Origin: a virus
Taxonomy: Duplodnaviria; Heunggongvirae; Uroviricota; Caudoviricetes
Reading direction: 5' to 3' (one strand)
DNA: 29,835 nucleotides
Virus record (IMG/VR): IMGVR_UViG_3300016476_001281
The translations under genes were made by a program, and so were the position numbers. Below are positions 1 through 5,826 of this stretch, in pieces. The number at the start of each line of letters is the position of its first letter. Within the stretch, counting starts at the first letter, position 1. Under the pieces are notes generated by a model. The model was not told the origin of the DNA and did no database searches. It was given only the letters and a program-made list of their open reading frames with translations.

Positions 1-1197
1 TTGACCAGTTGTTATTGTTTCTACATTATACTCAATATCTGATAAATTAGTCCATATAGTATTTAAAGATGATTTAAGATCATAACTAATTTTTTCAATT
101 TTATTCTCAATATCTGATAATACTAATTCAAAACATATTGCATTTCTACCTGATTTATCTTCTTTATAATTTCTTAATTTAGATAAACTTATTCCAGAAC
201 CTATAAGAAATTCACCTAATTTATCAATATTTAAGATATAAATAAATATTCTATTATTCTGTTTTAGACCAATTATATAATTATCACAAAATAATTTTTT
301 TACTTTTATTTCTTTGGTATTTCTATTTTGCCAAGTTGCAATATGATCTAATGGGTCTTTTGTCTTAGGATCTCTAAATAATCTAATATTTCCATTATCA
401 CTCATCCAGTCAACTAACTTAACCTGATATGTTGTTTTACCATCATGACCAACAATATCTACTTTACTATTATCATCTGGAACTTTACCATTTAATAAGC
501 CAGCAATAAAAGATTCAAATAAGAAACCACCACTTGTAGCATTAAATTTTTCTTTAATTTCTTCCAAATATTTAAGAAGTAATAATGATGAAATCTTCTG
601 TTGTATCTGACCTGTAAAATTTTCATCCTCAAATCCTCTTATATTTAATGGATTTTTTAACTTACCTAATTTATCTTTTAAACCAATTACACCCTTTTGT
701 CTTGATAATCTATTTGAGAATCTTTCTACCTTTTTAAGAACCTCTTTATCTATTTTAACATTAACCCAACCAGTTGGCAAATTATCAACTAAATCAGAAT
801 ATTCAGGTGCATTAAATTTATAATCTTCAATATTACTATTTCTTCTCCAAGGTGCATTTTCTAATCTATTAATTACAACCTCACCTTTACTATTTTTCAA
901 TTCATCAGTTCTCTCATCAAAGTTAAAACCTATTATATAACCATTTATATCAATACCTGCAATATACTCATGAGCTCTGTTAGGACTTGTTTCTTTATCT
1001 TTATTTAAGTTATCTATTTCATAACTCCAGTCAGAGTCAACTATAAGTTCAACAAGTTTACTATTTCTTTTTACATTTATAATAAAACCTTTTCTATTAT
1101 GTAGAACTCCATCCTCATCTATTACCTTAGTAAGATACTTTTCCCTAGTTCCTAAAGTTCTTTTTTCAAAAATTCCATATTTCTTAATATGTTTCAT
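1..1197 (-). CDS. Hypothetical protein, 3'-truncated by the window edge, with a PD-(D/E)xK-like nuclease motif and the MKHIKKYGIFE N-terminal motif
   Basis: Manual translation from the reverse-strand ATG at 1197: MKHIKKYGIFEKRTLG...GFLFESFIAGLLNGKVPDDNSKVDIVGHDGKTTYQVKL...; open to base 1; absent from the ORF track because its stop lies outside the window. Confidence 0.75.
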   Translation of the reverse strand, partial: MKHIKKYGIFEKRTLGTREKYLTKVIDEDGVLHNRKGFIINVKRNSKLVELIVDSDWSYEIDNLNKDKETSPNRAHEYIAGIDINGYIIGFNFDERTDELKNSKGEVVINRLENAPWRRNSNIEDYKFNAPEYSDLVDNLPTGWVNVKIDKEVLKKVERFSNRLSRQKGVIGLKDKLGKLKNPLNIRGFEDENFTGQIQQKISSLLLLKYLEEIKEKFNATSGGFLFESFIAGLLNGKVPDDNSKVDIVGHDGKTTYQVKLVDWMSDNGNIRLFRDPKTKDPLDHIATWQNRNTKEIKVKKLFCDNYIIGLKQNNRIFIYILNIDKLGEFLIGSGISLSKLRNYKEDKSGRNAICFELVLSDIENKIEKISYDLKSSLNTIWTNLSDIEYNVETITTGQ

Positions 1198-1220
1198 AGT
1201 TAAATTTAAAATTTATATTC

Positions 1221-1232
1221 ATATATATTAAT
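1221..1232 (-). promoter_or_regulatory. Putative phage late-promoter motif (TTAATATATAT)
   Basis: Variant of the recurrent TTTWATATATA motif, about 25 nt upstream of the ATG at 1197. Confidence 0.5.
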
Positions 1233-1269
1233 ATTTTAAACTCAAACTTTAATTTTATTTAAAATATAA

Positions 1270-1300
1270 TTTGTAATTGTAAAATATATTTGTATATTTG
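1270..1300 (+). promoter_or_regulatory. Bacteroidota-type housekeeping-sigma promoter
   Basis: TTTG 1270-1273, 19-nt spacer, TAtaTTTG 1293-1300. Confidence 0.65.
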
Positions 1301-1373
1301 CAGTGTTGATTTAACAACTGGTGGCGTTAAAGAAATTCACGATAGTAATTTCCTAAAATTAAAAATTAGGAAT

Positions 1374-1706
1374 ATGAACTGGAAGAGATTAGAAAAACAC
1401 AATGTATTAGACATTGTTAGAAGAGAATCATTATTAGAATTTTCTAAACAGGAAATTTTAAGATGTGTAGAAAATTCTAGAAAGAATGGATTTCATTATT
1501 ACTCTTATAATATTGAAAACATATTACAAGAATTAGTAAATGAAGGTAATTTAGGAGTTTACTACATATCGGTTAAAGTAGAACCTTTAAAATATTCTTG
1601 GCCATCTTATAAAGAGACAGACAATAAAGTTGGTTCAAAATCTGTTGCCATCTATAAATCATTGAAGGCAATGAGAAATGAAAGAATTGAAGAATTATTA
1701 AAATGA
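1374..1706 (+). CDS. Hypothetical protein ending in the shared C-terminal motif (RNERIEELLK)
   Basis: The track start at 1290 (TTG) lies inside the promoter, so ATG 1374 (MNWKRLEK) is preferred. Confidence 0.7.
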   Translation: MNWKRLEKHNVLDIVRRESLLEFSKQEILRCVENSRKNGFHYYSYNIENILQELVNEGNLGVYYISVKVEPLKYSWPSYKETDNKVGSKSVAIYKSLKAMRNERIEELLK

Positions 1707-1714
1707 TAAAAAAC

Positions 1715-1872
1715 AGACAGGTGGCGGAATTGGTAACGCTGTATCATACATATTGTAAGCTAAAGGCTCAACTTAGAGATAACTGTGCACCAGAGGACAA
1801 CCATTAAGATAACCACAATGTATGAATAAGGAGATAGAGATATTAATACAGGTTCGAATCCTGTCCTGACTA
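1715..1872 (+). ncRNA. tRNA-like RNA with a 93-nt insertion in place of the anticodon loop
   Basis: Acceptor AGACAGG/CCTGACT (one mismatch); D-arm GCG-GAATTGGTAA-CGC; stem GTATC/GATAT; T-arm ACAGG-TTCGAAT-CCTGT. Confidence 0.65.
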
Positions 1873-1887
1873 CAATTTAAGATTAAA

Positions 1888-2466
1888 ATGAAAGTAATAG
1901 GTATAACTGGTGGTATTGGGTCTGGTAAGACAACAATAACTAAACACATTGAAAGTTTAGGTTATCCTGTTTACATTGCAGATGATGAAGCAAAAAAATT
2001 ACTTGATACTACTGATGTAGTAAAAGAGTTAGTTAAAACATTTGGAGAAGAAATTATTGTAAATAATTTGGTAGATAAGAAAAAGTTAGCTACTTTTGTA
2101 TTTGGAAATAAGGACAATCTCAAAAAGTTAAATGAGATTGTCCACCCAAGGGTAAGAGAACATTTTATCAACTGGTCTAAACAATTCAATTCAATTGTAG
2201 TTAAAGAAGCTGCAATTTTATTTGAAAGTGGTGCAAATAAAGATTGTGATTATACAATTTTGGTTACAGCACCAGAAGAAGTAAGAGTTGATAGAGTTAT
2301 TAGTAGAGATAATACTAATAGAGAAGATGTTCTTAAAAGAATTAGGAGTCAATGGTCTGATGAAGATAAAGCCAAATTAGCAGATTTTGTGATAGAAAAT
2401 GTTGATTTAGAAAAATCTAAGAGAGAAATTGAAGAAATTTTGAAAAAAATTGAAAAAAATAGTTAA
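1888..2466 (+). CDS. coaE: Dephospho-CoA kinase
   Basis: GITGGIGSGKT P-loop, IADDEAK, LNEIVHPRV, EAAILFE, R-V-x-x-R-D and Q-W-S motifs typical of CoaE. Confidence 0.92.
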   Translation: MKVIGITGGIGSGKTTITKHIESLGYPVYIADDEAKKLLDTTDVVKELVKTFGEEIIVNNLVDKKKLATFVFGNKDNLKKLNEIVHPRVREHFINWSKQFNSIVVKEAAILFESGANKDCDYTILVTAPEEVRVDRVISRDNTNREDVLKRIRSQWSDEDKAKLADFVIENVDLEKSKREIEEILKKIEKNS

Positions 2467-2490
2467 AAATTACAAAAGGGAACAAAACTT

Positions 2491-2502
2491 TTTAATATAT
2501 AC
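2491..2502 (+). promoter_or_regulatory. Putative late-promoter motif TTTAATATATAC
   Basis: Exact 12-mer also at 5812 and 26145; 17 nt upstream of tRNA-Met. Confidence 0.55.
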
Positions 2503-2519
2503 AACTATAAAAGATATAT

Positions 2520-2592
2520 CGCGGGATAGAGCAGTAGGCAGCTCGCAAGGCTCATAACCTTGAGGTCGGTGGTTCGAGTCCACCTCCCGCTA
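2520..2592 (+). tRNA. tRNA-Met(CAT), initiator-like
   Basis: Cloverleaf; CAAGG-CTCATAA-CCTTG; C1:U72 mismatch typical of fMet; CCA not encoded. Confidence 0.92.
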
Positions 2593-2629
2593 CTAAGAAA
2601 TTAAAATAATAAAAAAAAATACAAAAAGA

Positions 2630-2661
2630 TTTGGTAGATAAAAATATTCACCTTACTTTTG
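2630..2661 (+). promoter_or_regulatory. Bacteroidota-type promoter upstream of the leader peptide and tRNA array
   Basis: TTTG 2630-2633, 20-nt spacer, TActTTTG 2654-2661. Confidence 0.7.
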
Positions 2662-2707
2662 TAGAAGAATTAGAAAACAAATAAACAATTATTAAAAAAT
2701 AGAAAAA

Positions 2708-2800
2708 ATGAGAACAATTACTAACATAACAACAATAGAAGCTATAGGCGGATATGAGGCGGGGTATAGAATACCATCGGTCAGAAAAGTTATGGAATAA
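2708..2800 (+). CDS. Putative 30-aa leader peptide MRTITNITTIEAIGGYEAGYRIPSVRKVME
   Basis: ATG 2708 to TAA 2800 between a promoter and a terminator; 4 Thr and 3 Ile in the first 10 codons. Confidence 0.55.
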   Translation: MRTITNITTIEAIGGYEAGYRIPSVRKVME

Positions 2801-2833
2801 AGTAATGTAACTCATAAACATTATAAATCATAT

Positions 2834-2867
2834 AACCCAATCTGACAAAAACAGATTGGGTTTTTTT
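2834..2867 (+). terminator. Intrinsic terminator (attenuator candidate) directly upstream of the tRNA array
   Basis: AACCCAATCTG-ACAAAAA-CAGATTGGGTT followed by a T run. Confidence 0.8.
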
Positions 2868-2880
2868 ATTGAAATAAACT

Positions 2881-2963
2881 GGGTAGATATGCAAGTGGTT
2901 AAAGCTGGCAGTCTGTAAAACTGCTCTCATTAGAGTTCGGGGGTTCGAATCCCTCTCTGCCCA
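2881..2963 (+). tRNA. tRNA-Tyr(GTA)
   Basis: GGGTAGA/TCTGCCC acceptor; GCAGT-CTGTAAA-ACTGC; long variable arm; TTCGAAT loop. Confidence 0.9.
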
Positions 2964-2972
2964 CAAGTACAA

Positions 2973-3056
2973 GGGTGTACGATGAAGTTGGAGAGTCATG
3001 GCGGTCTGTAAAACCGTTGCCTTTTGGCTGAGTAGGTTCGAATCCTACTACACCCA
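2973..3056 (+). tRNA. tRNA-Tyr(GTA)
   Basis: GGGTGTA/TACACCC acceptor; GCGGT-CTGTAAA-ACCGT; long variable arm. Confidence 0.88.
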
Positions 3057-3064
3057 CTAAAAAT

Positions 3065-3137
3065 GGTCTATTCGTCTAGTTGGTTAGGACACTACCCTTT
3101 CAAGGTAGCGACGCGGGTTCGAGTCCCGTATAGACTA
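3065..3137 (+). tRNA. tRNA-Glu(TTC)
   Basis: GGTCTAT/ATAGACT acceptor; CTACC-CTTTCAA-GGTAG. Confidence 0.9.
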
Positions 3138-3144
3138 CAAATAT

Positions 3145-3216
3145 GCTACTGTCTTCTAATGGTAGGAAACTAGTTTTTCAAACTGGGAGATGCGGGTTCG
3201 AGTCCCGTCAGTAGTA
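3145..3216 (+). tRNA. tRNA with TTC anticodon (Glu by anticodon; body unlike the other two Glu tRNAs)
   Basis: GCTACTG/CAGTAGT acceptor; CTAGT-TTTTCAA-ACTGG. Confidence 0.8.
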
Positions 3217-3220
3217 CAAA

Positions 3221-3270
3221 AGTAAGTAGAGCTACCTAACCGGGCATTGTGCTTGAGTAGAAGACTTACT
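3221..3270 (+). ncRNA. Inter-tRNA multi-stem hairpin of unknown function
   Basis: AGTAAGT/ACTTACT, CTAC/GTAG, CGGGCA/TGCTTG with purine-rich internal loops. Confidence 0.4.
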
Positions 3271-3275
3271 AATTT

Positions 3276-3361
3276 GGGTGGAAGGATGAGCAATGGTGCG
3301 ACGCCGGTCTGTAAAACCGGCCCTTTAGTTAGGATGGTGGGTTCGATCCCCACTCCACCCA
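3276..3361 (+). tRNA. tRNA-Tyr(GTA) with an atypical D-arm
   Basis: GGGTGGA/TCCACCC acceptor; CCGGT-CTGTAAA-ACCGG; T-loop TTCGATC. Confidence 0.8.
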
Positions 3362-3376
3362 CAAAAAAATAAATAT

Positions 3377-3450
3377 GGTCTATTCGTCTAGTCAGGTCAG
3401 GACGTGCCCCTTTCACGGGTAAGACACGGGTTCGAATCCCGTATAGACTA
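3377..3450 (+). tRNA. tRNA-Glu(TTC)
   Basis: GGTCTAT/ATAGACT acceptor; TGCCC-CTTTCAC-GGGTA. Confidence 0.9.
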
Positions 3451-3458
3451 CAATTTTT

Positions 3459-3532
3459 GGGCAAGTAGCTTAGATGGTAAAAGCGCATGTCTTATACACA
3501 TGAGATAGAGGGTTCGATACCCTCCTTGCCTA
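3459..3532 (+). tRNA. tRNA-Ile(TAT)
   Basis: GGGCAAG/CTTGCCT acceptor; CATGT-CTTATAC-ACATG. Confidence 0.88.
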
Positions 3533-3542
3533 CAAAAAGTGA

Positions 3543-3600
3543 TTTATAGTTAGATTAGGTTATGAGTAAATAAAGGTGAAAATCCCCTACTAACTATAAA
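3543..3600 (+). ncRNA. Inter-tRNA hairpin of unknown function
   Basis: Perfect 11-bp stem TTTATAGTTAG/CTAACTATAAA plus TAGG/CCTA. Confidence 0.4.
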
Positions 3601-3644
3601 CTACAAAAATACCGGTAGGTGATTTAATTTTAATTCAAATTAGC

Positions 3645-3713
3645 AATCTGTTCGTCTAGGGGACTAGGACGCCACATTGGGTGGAAACATAGGTTCGAAT
3701 CCTATACAGACCA
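3645..3713 (+). pseudogene. Degenerate tRNA (Glu/Gln-type body) with a shortened anticodon arm
   Basis: TC-GTC-TAG...GAC D-arm; CCAC-ATTGG-GTGG mini-arm; intact ATAGG-TTCGAAT-CCTAT; only TCTGT/ACAGA pairs in the acceptor. Confidence 0.6.
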
Positions 3714-3793
3714 AGTAATGAGAATAAAAATTAATACGAAACTTAGATATGATAGTCGCGAATTGATTATTTAAGAGTTCAGTCACCTTATAT

Positions 3794-3866
3794 GCGGAAG
3801 TAGCTCAATTGGTAGAGCTCCTGCCTTCCAAGCAGGTTGTTGCGGGTTCGAGTCCCGTCTTCCGCT
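3794..3866 (+). tRNA. tRNA-Gly(TCC)
   Basis: GCGGAAG/CTTCCGC acceptor, U73; CCTGC-CTTCCAA-GCAGG. Confidence 0.93.
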
Positions 3867-3872
3867 CTAGAA

Positions 3873-3928
3873 TGTTGAGTTAGGCTGTGTATGCCACAAC
3901 AACCTTTGCAAAGGTGAATACACACTCA
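3873..3928 (+). ncRNA. Inter-tRNA structured element
   Basis: TGAGT/ACTCA, GTGTAT/ATACAC, ACCTTT-GC-AAAGGT. Confidence 0.4.
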
Positions 3929-4001
3929 GCAGTAGTAGTGTTAATGTGTAACATATGTGGCTTCCAACCACAAGTTGTCGGTTCGAGTCCGGTCTATTGC
4001 A
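3929..4001 (+). tRNA. tRNA with TCC anticodon (Gly), atypical D-loop and A73
   Basis: GCAGTAG/CTATTGC acceptor; TGTGG-CTTCCAA-CCACA; the D-loop lacks GG. Confidence 0.78.
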
Positions 4002-4019
4002 CAAAAGAGAGTTTTAAAC

Positions 4020-4031
4020 TTTTATATATAG
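4020..4031 (+). promoter_or_regulatory. Putative late-promoter motif TTTTATATATAG
   Basis: Exact 12-mer recurring at 15356, 24140 (minus strand), 24850 and 29262. Confidence 0.55.
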
Positions 4032-4077
4032 TTCTACCAACTTATTTATAGATTGGAAGAAAAATTAAAAGTTAAAA

Positions 4078-4515
4078 ATGATTTGTACAGTATGTAAATT
4101 AGATAAAGATGAAAATGATTTTCATTTTAAGGATATTAAAAGAATTAAAAGAAGAAGTTATTGTAAGTCTTGTGTTAAAGTATATAGAAAGGAGTATTAT
4201 AGTAAAAATAGAAATGAGGCAATAGAATACTCCAAAGTGTCAAGTAAAAAAAGAAAATTACAACTAAGACAATATATATGGGACTATCTAAAAGAAAATA
4301 ATTGTATAGTATGTGGTGAGAATGATCCAATTGTTTTAGAATTTGATCATAGAATACCTGAGGAAAAGTTTATGTCAATAAGTGACATGATTACAACTAA
4401 GTATGGCTTAGATAAAATAAAATTAGAAATTGAGAAATGTGATGTTTTGTGTAGTAATTGTCATAAAAGAAGAACATCTAAACAATTTAATTGGTATAAT
4501 GAAATAATAAAATAG
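4078..4515 (+). CDS. Free-standing HNH endonuclease with Zn-binding CxxC pairs
   Basis: CTVC...YCKSC; CIVCG...LEFDH...CDVLCSNCHKRRT. Confidence 0.85.
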   Translation: MICTVCKLDKDENDFHFKDIKRIKRRSYCKSCVKVYRKEYYSKNRNEAIEYSKVSSKKRKLQLRQYIWDYLKENNCIVCGENDPIVLEFDHRIPEEKFMSISDMITTKYGLDKIKLEIEKCDVLCSNCHKRRTSKQFNWYNEIIK

Positions 4516-4519
4516 AATT

Positions 4520-4590
4520 GCAGAATTTGTATAAGGGTATTACACCGGCTTACCACGTCGGTGATGAGGGTTCGAGTCCCTTATTCTGCT
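4520..4590 (+). tRNA. tRNA-Gly(ACC)
   Basis: GCAGAAT/ATTCTGC acceptor, U73; CCGGC-TTACCAC-GTCGG; T-arm GAGGG-TTCGAGT-CCCTT. Confidence 0.8.
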
Positions 4591-4597
4591 CACAGAA

Positions 4598-4656
4598 ATG
4601 GTGGATGTTATAACCTCTTGAATACTGACGAGTATCTAAGTTATAGTTGAAACCAT
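4598..4656 (+). ncRNA. Inter-tRNA long imperfect hairpin
   Basis: ATGGT/ACCAT, TATAAC/GTTATA, ATAC-TGACGA-GTAT. Confidence 0.4.
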
Positions 4657-4661
4657 AGGAA

Positions 4662-4735
4662 GGGGAATTAGCTCAGATGGCTAGAGCGCTTGCCTTGCAC
4701 GCAAGAGGCCACCGGTTCGACTCCGGTATTCTCCA
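4662..4735 (+). tRNA. tRNA-Ala(TGC)
   Basis: GGGGAAT/ATTCTCC with G3.U70; CTTGC-CTTGCAC-GCAAG. Confidence 0.93.
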
Positions 4736-4744
4736 CTAATAATT

Positions 4745-4818
4745 GGGGTCACATGTACCAAGGCAGGCGAGTTTGGTTTGCAACCAGACTGTGGTGGGTT
4801 CGATACCCATTGGCTCCA
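4745..4818 (+). tRNA. tRNA-Ala(TGC) with an atypical D-arm
   Basis: GGGGTCA/TGGCTCC with G3.U70; TTTGG-TTTGCAA-CCAGA. Confidence 0.78.
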
Positions 4819-4830
4819 CACAAAGAAAAA

Positions 4831-4861
4831 TTTGAATAATTAAAAACTATTCTTATCTTTG
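4831..4861 (+). promoter_or_regulatory. Bacteroidota-type promoter for the Thg1-like gene
   Basis: TTTG 4831-4834, 19-nt spacer, TAtcTTTG 4854-4861. Confidence 0.7.
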
Positions 4862-4968
4862 TATTGGTTTAAAAAACCAAAAATTAATTTATTAACTATC
4901 ATTTTCCTTTGTCAAAAGGTGATCAAAAAAAATTTCAAAGGAATTTGAAAAAAAGGAAAATGTAGTTT

Positions 4969-5796
4969 ATGAAAACAACAAACAAAAAAGATTCCTTCGG
5001 GGATAGAATGAAGCTTTACGAAGCACAAACATGTGGTATCAAAATGATGCCAAGAATTCCAGTAGTTGCAAGACTTGATGGTAAAGGATTTTCAAAATTC
5101 ACTAAAGGTCTAAAAAGACCTTATGATGAAAGATTATCTAATCTTATGATTGAAACCACCAAATATCTTGTGAAAGAAACCAATGCAAACTGTGGTTACA
5201 CTCAGTCAGATGAAATCACACTTGTTTGGTACACTGATAAAATTGATTCATCCATCTATTTTAATGGAAGACTTTTCAAAATGATTAGTGACCTTTCTGC
5301 AATGGCATCTGTTTTTTTTAACAGAGAACTTAGTAAATATCTTCCTGAAAAAGCAGATAAACTACCAAGATTTGATAGTAGAGTGTACAATGTACCAACT
5401 CTTGATGAAGCAGTAAACTCTTTCCTTTGGAGAGAACAAGATGCTACTAAAAACTCTATCAGTATGGCAGCTCAACACTATTTCTCACACTCTGCTCTTA
5501 ATGGGAAGAATGGTTCAGAAAAACAAGAAATGTTATTTTCTAAAGGTGTAAACTGGAATGATTACCCAACTTTCTTCAAAAGAGGTACTTATGTACAAAG
5601 AAAAAGAGTTCTTACTCCTTTCTCAATAGAAGAAATTGAAAAACTTCCTACAAAACACAATGCAAGAAAAGATCCAAACTATATCATTGAAAGATGGGTA
5701 GTTGATAAAGTGGAGCTTCCACCACTTACTAAAATCTCAAATAGAGTTGATGTAATTATGTTTGGTAAAGATGTTGTAATGAAAAGTCCAGAGTAA
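4969..5796 (+). CDS. tRNA(His) guanylyltransferase Thg1-like protein (3'-5' polymerase family)
   Basis: FGDRMKLYE, RLDGKGFSKFT, GYTQSDEITL, FDSRV, WREQDATKNSI motifs. Confidence 0.92.
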   Translation: MKTTNKKDSFGDRMKLYEAQTCGIKMMPRIPVVARLDGKGFSKFTKGLKRPYDERLSNLMIETTKYLVKETNANCGYTQSDEITLVWYTDKIDSSIYFNGRLFKMISDLSAMASVFFNRELSKYLPEKADKLPRFDSRVYNVPTLDEAVNSFLWREQDATKNSISMAAQHYFSHSALNGKNGSEKQEMLFSKGVNWNDYPTFFKRGTYVQRKRVLTPFSIEEIEKLPTKHNARKDPNYIIERWVVDKVELPPLTKISNRVDVIMFGKDVVMKSPE

Positions 5797-5810
5797 ATCT
5801 GGACTTTTTT
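5782..5810 (+). terminator. Intrinsic terminator
   Basis: AAAAGTCCAGA-GTAAA-TCTGGACTTTT followed by TT. Confidence 0.8.
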
Positions 5811-5811
5811 A

Positions 5812-5823
5812 TTTAATATATAC
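5812..5823 (+). promoter_or_regulatory. Putative late-promoter motif TTTAATATATAC
   Basis: 3 nt upstream of the ATG at 5827. Confidence 0.55.
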
Positions 5824-5826
5824 CTT

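Noticed and set aside
1715-1872. tmRNA
   Set aside because: At 158 nt it is far too short, it has a true D-stem, it lacks the G3.U70 Ala determinant, and no ALAA-type tag is encoded.
3065-3450. CRISPR-like direct repeats (GGTCTATTCGTCTAGT...CCCGTATAGACTACAA twice)
   Set aside because: These are the shared bodies of two tRNA-Glu genes; there is no regular repeat-spacer period and no cas gene.
3717-3773. Tiny ORF MRIKINTKLRYDSRELII inside the tRNA array
   Set aside because: 18 codons with no promoter, terminator or compositional bias supporting a second leader peptide; expected by chance.
3870-3931. HDV-like theta ribozyme downstream of tRNA-Gly
   Set aside because: A GGC/GCC stem with a 7-nt loop and a P4-like hairpin exist, but P1 is short and offset and no convincing catalytic-C J4/2 strand is present; kept only as an unexplained hairpin.
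4598-4656. Hammerhead ribozyme (CTGACGA at 4625-4631, GAAAC at 4649-4653)
   Set aside because: Stems I and II do not form around the core, the cleavage triplet would be GUG, and a simple long hairpin explains the sequence better.
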